A stretch of DNA of 64,000 bases from an uncultured bacterium. GTDB lineage: Bacteria; Zixibacteria; MSB-5A5; UBA10806. Under the pieces are notes generated by a model. The model had not been told where the DNA came from, did no database searches, and saw nothing but the letters and a program-made list of their open reading frames with translations. The stretch lies in assembly GCA_965541585.1 (NCBI GenBank), contig CBEUCH010000015.1, positions 22,317-86,316 of the forward strand. Direction: 5' to 3'. The translations under genes and the position numbers were made by a program. Positions 20,728-29,735 of the stretch are shown here, one piece after another; the first letter of the stretch is position 1; every line of letters begins with the position of its first letter.

Positions 20728-20801
20728 TTTTTTCCTTTCATTTTTGTACCCGGTCGCCTCATAGTGGTGGCGACAGGAACCTGATCGCATTCAAGTGCAA
20801 A

Positions 20802-21671
20802 TCAGACATCGTACATCGTGCCAGGGCCAACAAACCTTACCCTGATTTCCTTTATCCTTTCTCCCCAGCCTTCTACCTCACCGATCAAAGCTTCGACGTC
20901 GTAAGCACCATCGCCGAGCCCAGCTGGGATCAGAACCGCAATTCCTTCTCCTATCTGGTAGCCTCTCTTAAAGCCATCCACAATCTCTTGTATTGGATGG
21001 ATATCACTGTGGAAATGACATGGATCGAAGACCATGACATACCCGCTATCAACATTAATCTGGCCAATCGTGGTCCACATGTCCTCTACGGCTGTCTCCT
21101 TGTTCGTTGTCGCAGATACCGGTTCTCCTCCAGAGTGATATTTTTTCGCTGTTCCTTCACGCTTCCTGTTCTCAAGGAAGGAATCGACCCGTTTTTTCTC
21201 CTCGGGGATGAGCTTTCCAAGACGATCCTCAGCCTCTTCTAATGTCTTCAGATCTGCATCGAGCTCGCCATAAACATCGCGGTATTCATGAGCGAGATCC
21301 AGCCGCTTACCAGGGTCATCTTCCTGTAGCATCTTGCTGAAGGTTTCTTTTAGCTTAATTTCTTTTAACAAGGATAGGGTGGCCAATCGATAAGTAATGC
21401 CTCGAAGTTTACCGATGGAATTGATCGTATTAACTATTTTGGACGGCTCGATAATTCCCCTGCCAGTCTGCCCTGGGGACTTGAGTTCGCCCAGCTGTCC
21501 CAGAAGTAGGGACGATAAACGTATGTAATTGTTCTCGCCTATTCTGATAAGAGCGTCGTGAATTGAGGCTTGGATCTCCAGGGTTTTCTGATCAATGCCA
21601 GATACATTGGAGTAAGCTTCTGCCAACACGAGGTCGCCGAAAACATCAAGTAGTTTGTTTTGATTTTCCAT
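20802..21671 (-). CDS. Hypothetical protein with C-terminal DUF4241-like domain
   Basis: AGGAG SD; C-terminal IGQINVDSGYVMVFDP...GLGDGAYDV pattern. Confidence 0.6.
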   Translation of the reverse strand: MENQNKLLDVFGDLVLAEAYSNVSGIDQKTLEIQASIHDALIRIGENNYIRLSSLLLGQLGELKSPGQTGRGIIEPSKIVNTINSIGKLRGITYRLATLSLLKEIKLKETFSKMLQEDDPGKRLDLAHEYRDVYGELDADLKTLEEAEDRLGKLIPEEKKRVDSFLENRKREGTAKKYHSGGEPVSATTNKETAVEDMWTTIGQINVDSGYVMVFDPCHFHSDIHPIQEIVDGFKRGYQIGEGIAVLIPAGLGDGAYDVEALIGEVEGWGERIKEIRVRFVGPGTMYDV

Positions 21672-21743
21672 TTATTTCGTTCTCCTATTTTTATGCCCGG
21701 CGCCGGATGGAACGGCGACGCGGGCGTTAATGGTCAACAGTTA

Positions 21744-22283
21744 CTACTTGACTGGCTCGGCGACAGGTGTCGCTCCTTCTTCCGGACCTCCATCCTCGGC
21801 AGAGTCGTTAGCTTCCAAATCGTCAAGCATCGCTCTTCGCTCAGCCTGTACGCGTTTCAAACCCTGCGTGGCATCTTCGAGATTCTTGCGGTGGCGTTCA
21901 AGATCGGTCTCCAATGTGCTTTTCTCCCCGCGTAAACTGTAGATCTCGTCATCGGAGGTAGCGTCTTTAAGCAAGGCTTCGATTGCTTTTAGCCTCCGCT
22001 CTTTCTTCTTAATGATGTCAGGCAATCTTTTCAGATTCGATTTGAGGATGCCGATCTGTTTGGTATCCGCCAAGGTCTTGCCGGTCTTCGAGCGTTCGCT
22101 TACTTTGGAATTGAATGCCCTCAGAACGTTGGCATCCCACTCCTCCAGGCAGATATGTGGCGCCCCGGCATACTCGAAGAGAATACCGGCTTTCGATGCC
22201 TCCTCGGTCACTTTATCAACATCAGAATATTCCCGAAGTTCGGCCAACTGTTGAATTGTTAAAATTGTCTTTGGGGATTTCAA
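21744..22283 (-). CDS. Hypothetical coiled-coil protein
   Basis: AGGAGG SD before TTG; long charged helical region. Confidence 0.65.
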   Translation of the reverse strand: MKSPKTILTIQQLAELREYSDVDKVTEEASKAGILFEYAGAPHICLEEWDANVLRAFNSKVSERSKTGKTLADTKQIGILKSNLKRLPDIIKKKERRLKAIEALLKDATSDDEIYSLRGEKSTLETDLERHRKNLEDATQGLKRVQAERRAMLDDLEANDSAEDGGPEEGATPVAEPVK

Positions 22284-22662
22284 AGAAAACCTCCTATGAT
22301 AAAAGTTAAATTTTCATTATCTCATCTACTTGATAGTAGAAACGGGTTGTAGTGGGGTTCCTCCTTTCAGTCAGCATTCATTGACGATTAATTGGTCCAT
22401 CCTTAATAATGTGACCGGTCACGAAAGCTCGACTCCTTCCCTGATAATTTCAAAACCTCCGAGATTCACAGGGGCAATCGTTCCATCAGCGCTTGCACAT
22501 TCTTCTAACTAAAAAATTATCGGGGTTCACAAAATATAATGGATGATGTAAGCCACTATCTTGTGCTATAAACACTTAGAGAGAAAAAATAATTATAAAA
22601 AAAAAGATAATATTTTATTTGTATTATTGGAGGCTAATTACGGAGAGATAAACTACAAAATA

Positions 22663-24561
22663 TCAGCGATCAGAGCGCCGATAAATCTTAAATATTGAAC
22701 AATAATAACCCATATCCCTATCGCATTCTATTAGATTTTCTTCTATTTTGAAAAAATGGCGCAATCGCTCATTTGTTTCTGAAATGTTTACTATTAAAGT
22801 GGCATCAGTCTTCTTATAATGTAATATTCCGTTACTATCAGCCAGCTTACCCAGCACCTCTTCGTAAGGCCTAATTGAATTTCTTTTTGATTTTATATTC
22901 TGAAAACCCATCTCCTTAAACGTTCTAATTTCTGTTGGATGCTTTTTCCTAACATCATTGATATCAAATTTACATGAATCGTCTGCGAAACCAACTACAA
23001 GCTGCTTCCATTCAATTCCGGGTGGCAATATAAATGGGATTATTGAATCAATCGCTTCTTGTGGGATAGACGGTTTTTTCTCTTTGGCTTTTTGTTCTCT
23101 ATCTATTAATAAACTATCTGGAAGTTCAGTCAAAGTGTTTTCATTATCATCAGCGAGGAGTACTGTTCGTTCAATTACTGACCGCAGTTCCCTTATGTTG
23201 CCCTCTTTCCAGCTGTGTAATTTTAGTTTCTTTAATAGATCTTTGGAAACTTTCCGGATATTTTTCCTGAATTGTTTCGAGAATTCAGCAATAAACAGGT
23301 TAACAAACTTTTCAATATCGTCGCTTCTTTCTCTTAAAGGAGGTATATGTATCTCATAAGTATTTATCCGATGATAAAAATCCTCTCTCATAATGTTATT
23401 ATCTATTAAGTGACGTGGTTTTTTGCTCAATGTCATAACTATTTTAATATCTGTTTTTATACTCTTGGTAAAGCCCTGTTCCTGTATTTCCCCCTTATCT
23501 AAAAACCTCAGCATCTTTCCCTGAAAATCATAAGGCATATCATTGACATTATCTAAAAATACTGTCCCTTTATCAGCCTGTTCAAAGATGCCCTTTTGAT
23601 TGTGTATCCCTTCCAAAAAAGGTCTATTCTTGGCGCCGAATAGATAATACTCGAATGCAGCATTTGCAATCTCGGAGCAGTAAACAACATAGAACGGTTC
23701 CCTGTTTCTATTACTTTTGCCATGAAAATAGCGCGCAATAACATCTTTTCCGGTTCCGGGCTCACCGTTAAGTAATATGATTTTTGCTTCATCATACTTA
23801 GCGATTTTTTCAACCTCTGATAAAACATTCTTAAAATTTGGAGCATCCCCGATTATAGTGAAAGGCTGATCAGCTATTTTCATAATTGCCGGTTTTGCCT
23901 GGTCAACATATGTCTGAATATTCCCGACGAGATCAGAATAACTGTCCGTATCTCCGAGAATATTAGCATACTTTTCACCAAGCCGGGCGAATGGGATTTC
24001 CTCAAGAGCGATATCGGCATTCTCACCCTTCCGCGGATAGAAATAATCTGGTGTCATGATGCCCTCGGGGTGTCGAAGGTAATAAAGATGATCTTGTTTT
24101 CTGCCTAATATTGTTAAGGCGAGTCCCAAATAAACGGACATTATTCTTCTTCCGCCCGCATATATACAGTGTAATTCTGTATCGGGGTCTTTTGTCAAGT
24201 TCCTAAGTAAATTCGCAATTTTATTCGCGGTCATTTCAAATTGTTCTGGAGTCTTTATATCATCCTGGATATTTCCTTTCTCATCTTCAATCATATAGAT
24301 ATCTTCTTCAGTAAATTTGGGGAATGTTTTATATTCCGCGCAAAACTTGCTGAAGACTTTGTTTTCGCCGAGTAAAGGGGGCATACCTGTTCTAGGATTA
24401 CCCATAAAGAGTTCGTCCCTGCCAATTGATGTTGTGATTAAGACTATTCTTTCAATATCGATGGGTCGCGGCCGTTTTCGGGTTCTAAAATACCAAAGCG
24501 ACAGTGTTATAACGTTAGGGATGTTACCGAAGACGCCAAATAGCAAGTGCATCTTTTTCAT
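22663..24561 (-). CDS. CARF (NE0113/Csm6-N-like) - sigma54-type AAA+ - C-terminal putative DNA-binding domain fusion
   Basis: N-terminus G.IPNVITLSL, LITTSIG, AGGRRIMS, GRKQDHL; AAA region GEPGTGKD, KGIFEQADKGTVFLD, REDFYHR, PPLRERSDDI, GNIRELR. Confidence 0.8.
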   Translation of the reverse strand: MKKMHLLFGVFGNIPNVITLSLWYFRTRKRPRPIDIERIVLITTSIGRDELFMGNPRTGMPPLLGENKVFSKFCAEYKTFPKFTEEDIYMIEDEKGNIQDDIKTPEQFEMTANKIANLLRNLTKDPDTELHCIYAGGRRIMSVYLGLALTILGRKQDHLYYLRHPEGIMTPDYFYPRKGENADIALEEIPFARLGEKYANILGDTDSYSDLVGNIQTYVDQAKPAIMKIADQPFTIIGDAPNFKNVLSEVEKIAKYDEAKIILLNGEPGTGKDVIARYFHGKSNRNREPFYVVYCSEIANAAFEYYLFGAKNRPFLEGIHNQKGIFEQADKGTVFLDNVNDMPYDFQGKMLRFLDKGEIQEQGFTKSIKTDIKIVMTLSKKPRHLIDNNIMREDFYHRINTYEIHIPPLRERSDDIEKFVNLFIAEFSKQFRKNIRKVSKDLLKKLKLHSWKEGNIRELRSVIERTVLLADDNENTLTELPDSLLIDREQKAKEKKPSIPQEAIDSIIPFILPPGIEWKQLVVGFADDSCKFDINDVRKKHPTEIRTFKEMGFQNIKSKRNSIRPYEEVLGKLADSNGILHYKKTDATLIVNISETNERLRHFFKIEENLIECDRDMGYYCSIFKIYRRSDR

Positions 24562-25138
24562 GTTTGGCTCTCCTTAAAAATGCTCCACGTACCTTGAATG
24601 TGATATCTGCCTCTGATCTATTCTACATTTTCAATCGGGCGAGATCGCCTTTTCTAATCGCAAATTCATTTTAGCTCAAATCAGTAAGATTGTAAAGCGG
24701 ATCTCGTAACGCTAAGTGTCTGATTCATCAAACTCTCCATTTATCGTATTAGAATAGCGCTTTTATGGCTTATTTCTAACGATTCTGTGGCCAATGCGAT
24801 TTATTATTTGCGTCACTATCATGTTTCTTCCCCCTCGTTTTTATGGCACCACGGCAAAGGCCTCTGAGGCGCAATCGCCAGCCGGTTTGCCATAGTATCC
24901 GCCGTTAACTCGATACGACTGATTTGCAATTCTATGTCTGCCAATGGCTTATGTTTGCTGCATCGGGGTCCGAAACCAACCCGACCATCTACCAACGACT
25001 TATGGGGATCGACGGGTGGCCCCAGAGTGCCTCCGAAATTTCAAACCGCTCAGGGACGATTTTGGGCCGTCTTCTCGTGACATCGAAATTCCATAAAATC
25101 TACACTAAATCGAGCTAGCGGGAAGAAGAAAAAGTAAA

Positions 25139-25174
25139 AAAACATTTGACAAAGCTACAATGTTTTAGTATAAT
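25139..25174 (+). promoter_or_regulatory. Consensus sigma70 promoter with overlapping inverted-repeat operator; predicts a leaderless mRNA
   Basis: TTGACA 25146-25151, 17 bp, TATAAT 25169-25174; ATG at 25181; AAAACATT/AATGTTTT inverted repeat 25139-25166. Confidence 0.8.
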
Positions 25175-25180
25175 TAGTAT

Positions 25181-25627
25181 ATGAAAGAAACCCCTGATTT
25201 GAAATCGCTCCGTCTGGCGCAAAAGCTAACCTTGGCCGAAGTGGCACTACGCATGGACGTTTCCAAAGGTTTTGTATGCCATCTGGAGAACGGAATCAGA
25301 AGACTAAACGATGATCTGACCAAGCGGCTGGCAGCGGCTCTGGACTGTCCGGAAAACGAGGTATGGAAAGCCAGCCAACGTTCTGGCGAAAAGAATACGA
25401 TTTCCAATAGCTGGATCTCTCAGGTAAGGATCAATGGCTATCCAGTTTTCGATGCTTTCAAGTATCATCTTGAAGCGAAGAAGAAAAAACCTGATGTCAG
25501 AAATAGGGCAAGGCTCAGAAAACAGCTCGCACAATTCATAAGTGAGAACCTGCCGTTTTCGGTGATGGCTGAACTTTCAGAGAATGACATATTGCTGGAC
25601 CAGGTTGTTGAGCACTGCAAAAAGTAA
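25181..25627 (+). CDS. XRE-family HTH repressor
   Basis: LKSLRLAQKLTLAEVALRMDVSKGFVCHLENG. Confidence 0.85.
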   Translation: MKETPDLKSLRLAQKLTLAEVALRMDVSKGFVCHLENGIRRLNDDLTKRLAAALDCPENEVWKASQRSGEKNTISNSWISQVRINGYPVFDAFKYHLEAKKKKPDVRNRARLRKQLAQFISENLPFSVMAELSENDILLDQVVEHCKK

Positions 25628-25751
25628 CCTCTAGCCAATTCCACTACATCCAAACATTGAAATCATGGAAGGCCAGCTTGGCTGGTTGATGATTGATTGA
25701 AACTAACCAGAGAGCCTCATCATTGGGGCGCTCGAAACCAAACAATAAATT

Positions 25752-25979
25752 ATGAATACAAAAGACATGAACTACGCAGCATATTTGCTGGCGAATAATC
25801 AAAAATTAGAAAACTGCTATGCTGAAGGACGCCGATTCTGGTTTGTGTTTTCGGATGATAAGGTTATTAATACGCTTGAAGAGCAGTATTATATGAATAC
25901 TGGGGCTATTAAACCTCAGCACTTTATTAACGCGCAGAAAATATTGAAAAATCTGATAAGAAACTTCCGACCAGTATAG
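25752..25979 (+). CDS. Small DUF5659-like protein
   Basis: TKDMNYAAYL...FWFVF...V/IxP..F..A.K.LK pattern recalled from mobile-element DUF5659 proteins. Confidence 0.6.
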   Translation: MNTKDMNYAAYLLANNQKLENCYAEGRRFWFVFSDDKVINTLEEQYYMNTGAIKPQHFINAQKILKNLIRNFRPV

Positions 25980-26044
25980 GTAGCGAAATATGAATATGAA
26001 CACTTGGAATATTAAAAACGAGTCATGCCATGACTTAGCCCTGA

Positions 26045-28570
26045 ATGTTTTGGGGCTTGAATATGAAGACTTTATCCAATTTAATTATTATGAACAGAAG
26101 TCTAATTTACGAGATTTTTTCACAACTTCAGGAAGGAGAGTACATCAGGTTAGCCTGGGAAGATAAAAATGAAGAGTTTCACTGGCAAGGAATAGACAAC
26201 TATGAACAATTTATAGCGAAAGTTAATGAATTAAGATCCAATCCCCATATAGCCAGTATCTGGTTTACGCCTCATCCGAGCAATTCGGAAACATCCCATG
26301 AAAACGACAACGTTAAACATGTTCAATGGGTTTATGTCGATATCGATGATATTTCGACCGAAGATTTTATAAAGAACTACAATTTCATAAGACCAACATA
26401 TATTATTGCTACAGGTCACGGCGTTCAGCTTTATTGGCAGTTGAAGCAGCGTATAGCAGCACCTTTTGATGAATGGCGTTATGTCGAAAAGGCCATAGAG
26501 AAAAAGCTTAATGGAGAAAAAGGTTACCCTTGTGCTTTGCTTCGCGTTCCCGATACACCCAACAGAAAACATCTCATCGAGAAACATCGCAAAAAGGGAT
26601 ATACAGTAGAAACCGATTGCAAGGTCATTGAATTTAATGATGTTGCCTACGGCCTTGATGATTTCATACAGGCCGGTTTGAAAATCAACGCTAAACCTGC
26701 TCCTACTATTCAAAGTAATGAATCTAAGCTGACAATCTCCGATCTAACGTGTATTCGTCAACACTGCGCTGCCGTAGACTCGGCGTTTAAATCTATTGAA
26801 AATGACTCGGATAATGATAAAACGGCCGGTCACAATAAGCGTCTAACCGCTGCCAGCATCATAAAGCATACCGTTGATGATGAAGATTATGTGTTAAAGC
26901 TGTTCGGTAACACTGCTGATTTTAAAAAGGATGTCACGCTAAAGAACTATCAAAGTATAAAACAAAAACCAATCACTTGTAGGCAATTGCAGGAATGGAA
27001 TCTTTGCTTCAAACCTTGCCAACTGATCCAAGACCTGAACAAGAAAAGCCCTATAGTATTTGCCTACCGCAAAGGAGTTCAGCTTAAGCGGACTAACGAA
27101 TTATTAAGCGACACTGAAAACGATGCCTGTTTTGAAGAACTTATGAAGCGGGCCAAAACAGTAGAAAATCCCGTTAATCAGTTAAAACTTATCAACAGAA
27201 TACAGGCTACAACCGGATTGAATAAAGCGGAAATCAGCCATTATATGCGTCGGGTCAAGGTTTTCGATGAATTAAATTCATATATAGTCAATGCCCAAGT
27301 GGATCCTGTAAGAGCGGCAAAATACATAATCAAAAAATATCAACTGATGCGTTTTCAACAGGACTTTTATCAATTTGATGACGGCATATGGGAGCATAAA
27401 CCGCAGGAAGAAACCGAATCACTTATTCATCACGAAATTGAAAAATACTCGGACAACCATACAATCAGCGAAGTCATTAACGCCGTAAAACGCGAATCAT
27501 TGATTACACATATACAAGTTGAGGATGCCCAGGATACTTATGTGATCGCGGCCGGTAACGGCTTATTAGATGTTCGTAATGACTCGCTTCGAGATTTTAA
27601 ACCCGAAGATTATAGATTTGGGAAAATGGGTGCTGGTTATAATCCCGATGCCGATTGTCCGGCATTTAAGGATTTCATTAAAGAGCTGTTTCTTTTTGAT
27701 GTTGACGCGTCAGATAAAAGGCTATTGGTGCAGGAGATATTTGGATATCTTTTAATCCCTGATTATACTTTGATAAAAAAGATGTTTTATTTCTACGGCC
27801 CTAAAGCCAACAACGGCAAATCCAGCCTAATTGAAATCATCCGATCGATTATGGGACCGGGCTACTTTGACAGCGTTCCTATGGATAAAATGAATGGTTT
27901 TCTGTTAAAACGCCTAATGGGAAAACATGCAAACGTCGTAGGAGATCAGGATGCTTACACTAAAGTTCCTGATGGAGTATTGAAACAGCTTATTGGCGGC
28001 ATGGACGAAATTACCGCAGATGTGAAGTATAAAGATGCAATTAGCTTTATCAATCATGCCAGGCTGATATTCGCAGTAAACAAACTCCCATATTCTGAAG
28101 CGAAGGATGAGGGATACTTTACCAGGGCGGTTATTCTAACATTCAACAATCAATTTCTTATTAATCCAGACAAGAAGGATCCGCGGCAGATGAAAGCTGA
28201 TATTGAAAAGATACAGTACATAAAGGATAACGAAAAGGAGGGCATCCTAAATTGGATGCTGGAAGGTTTGAAAAGGCTATTGGTAAATAAGAAATTGACA
28301 ATCCCGGCAACTTCGGCAACTGCCTTGAAGGACTACAAAACGAACAATAACAGCATATTACTATTTGTTAGTGATAGATGTCAGCTTGGATCATCATTTG
28401 AAGTGAGTCAATCTGAGTTGTATACCGATTATAAGGCATGGTGCTTAGATCAGGGATTTAAATTCTATGCAAATGCAATTACTTTCTGTGATCTACTTGA
28501 GCGGGAGTATAACGTAGCCCGCCAGAGGAATAAAAATTCACGACAGCTGTTAGGAATTCAAATGGCATAA
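26045..28570 (+). CDS. Primase (RepB'-like N-terminus) - D5/P4-type SF3 helicase
   Basis: YVDIDD, TGHGVQLYW, LLRVPDTPN primase motifs; NGLLD; GPKANNGKSS Walker A; LIFAVNKLP; start uncertain (26066 or later possible). Confidence 0.88.
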   Translation: MFWGLNMKTLSNLIIMNRSLIYEIFSQLQEGEYIRLAWEDKNEEFHWQGIDNYEQFIAKVNELRSNPHIASIWFTPHPSNSETSHENDNVKHVQWVYVDIDDISTEDFIKNYNFIRPTYIIATGHGVQLYWQLKQRIAAPFDEWRYVEKAIEKKLNGEKGYPCALLRVPDTPNRKHLIEKHRKKGYTVETDCKVIEFNDVAYGLDDFIQAGLKINAKPAPTIQSNESKLTISDLTCIRQHCAAVDSAFKSIENDSDNDKTAGHNKRLTAASIIKHTVDDEDYVLKLFGNTADFKKDVTLKNYQSIKQKPITCRQLQEWNLCFKPCQLIQDLNKKSPIVFAYRKGVQLKRTNELLSDTENDACFEELMKRAKTVENPVNQLKLINRIQATTGLNKAEISHYMRRVKVFDELNSYIVNAQVDPVRAAKYIIKKYQLMRFQQDFYQFDDGIWEHKPQEETESLIHHEIEKYSDNHTISEVINAVKRESLITHIQVEDAQDTYVIAAGNGLLDVRNDSLRDFKPEDYRFGKMGAGYNPDADCPAFKDFIKELFLFDVDASDKRLLVQEIFGYLLIPDYTLIKKMFYFYGPKANNGKSSLIEIIRSIMGPGYFDSVPMDKMNGFLLKRLMGKHANVVGDQDAYTKVPDGVLKQLIGGMDEITADVKYKDAISFINHARLIFAVNKLPYSEAKDEGYFTRAVILTFNNQFLINPDKKDPRQMKADIEKIQYIKDNEKEGILNWMLEGLKRLLVNKKLTIPATSATALKDYKTNNNSILLFVSDRCQLGSSFEVSQSELYTDYKAWCLDQGFKFYANAITFCDLLEREYNVARQRNKNSRQLLGIQMA

Positions 28571-28571
28571 T

Positions 28572-28806
28572 TGTCACCTTTGTCACCCTCTGTCACCGCC
28601 TAAGTCGTTGTGTAACAAGAGAAATGACAAAATGACAAGAAAATAGCCTAGAAAAGTATTACAGGAAAATTGATAGACACACAAATACAGGAGAATAGTT
28701 TTTTACGGTCATTTTTGTCACCCGGGCACTAAAAAGTTGTTAACTTGCTGCATATCAATTGATTGCGGCGAAAAAACAGGGTGACAAAAAGGTGACAAAG
28801 GTGACA
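28572..28806. repeat. TGTCACC iteron cluster, putative replication origin
   Basis: TGTCACC at 28572, 28581, 28591, 28716; inverted GGTGACA at 28780, 28791, 28800; TGACA at 28625 and 28633; begins 2 bp after the primase stop. Confidence 0.75.
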
Positions 28807-28816
28807 GAAATATATC

Positions 28817-29011
28817 ATGACGTACAGAAAGAAATTCATACCCGAAGCTAATCTGAGGAAGATAATAAAACATCCAAACCATCCAAGACTTGATAACGAA
28901 GAGAAACCTAAACCACAATATGAGGACGGTAGTGGTTTCTTGGCCGAGATGCGCCAGCTTGACTTTGCAGCTGACGAAGCCCTCAAATCCCACGCGGCGA
29001 CTACAAGTTAA
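28817..29011 (+). CDS. Short hypothetical protein
   Basis: ORF directly after the iterons, same strand as the primase; no motif. Confidence 0.35.
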   Translation: MTYRKKFIPEANLRKIIKHPNHPRLDNEEKPKPQYEDGSGFLAEMRQLDFAADEALKSHAATTS

Positions 29012-29106
29012 GGGGGGTACACGCCATTAACCAGAGAATATTAGAAGAACACTTATGAAATAATATCCAAGCAGGTAATGTTCAACAATTTAACCAGCAA
29101 TAAATA

Positions 29107-29589
29107 ATGCTAATAAACCATAACGGCATCATATGCCACATATCAAAAATAGACCAGCCTCACAGGATCTGGTACCATATTTGGGTAGACCTTGAAAGAT
29201 ACGGGGAAGACTATATACGCGAAAAGTTCGGCGTAACAGATCCCAGAATCCAGCGTAAAATACAGGACGAGTTTTATCGCGCCGTCATATCCTATAGGTC
29301 GAAGCCGACCGAGATATTGGAGGAGCATGCCCTTCGGCTGGATAAAACGGATTACCCATTCTATTTGACCGATAAAACCAAGGATTCAGTTACGGTATTT
29401 ATGGAGAAAGGACTATTTACGTTGTATCCTGGTCAGCCAAACGGCATGGATCGGCCTCCTAATGGATATCCCTGGGCGATCATCTATAACACCGACACAC
29501 CTGAAATCATCCAAGCCAAGTTGTATGATCACAGGAAGCGGTTTGGCCCAGCTATGCGAAAGAAGCTCTGGAAAGTCTGCGGTTGGTAG
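29107..29589 (+). CDS. Hypothetical protein
   Basis: 160-aa ORF followed by a terminator. Confidence 0.6.
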   Translation: MLINHNGIICHISKIDQPHRIWYHIWVDLERYGEDYIREKFGVTDPRIQRKIQDEFYRAVISYRSKPTEILEEHALRLDKTDYPFYLTDKTKDSVTVFMEKGLFTLYPGQPNGMDRPPNGYPWAIIYNTDTPEIIQAKLYDHRKRFGPAMRKKLWKVCGW

Positions 29590-29603
29590 CCCAACCTCCA
29601 CCC

Positions 29604-29634
29604 CGCCCCTGCCTTTTGGTGGGGGCGTTTTTTT
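29604..29634 (+). terminator. Rho-independent terminator ending the replication module
   Basis: CGCCCCTGCC-tttt-GGTGGGGGCG followed by TTTTTTT. Confidence 0.8.
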
Positions 29635-29735
29635 ATTGCCCGGTATCAAAAACAGCTTGCATAAGACTATAGCCGAGTATAACTTGGATTATTAACATAC
29701 GTTAACCCCATTTTGCGAGGGCTAAGATAGATAAT

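Noticed and set aside
25010..25080. GGGTGGCCCC...AAATTT stretch as a cos-like packaging site
   Set aside because: Only a vague resemblance, and no terminase or HNH gene supports it.
22284..25180. CRISPR array or cas genes near the CARF protein
   Set aside because: No regularly spaced repeat-spacer units or cas motifs seen here or elsewhere in the window.
28572..28806. TGTCACC repeats as a CRISPR array
   Set aside because: Units are 7 bp, in both orientations, without spacers; they fit iterons.
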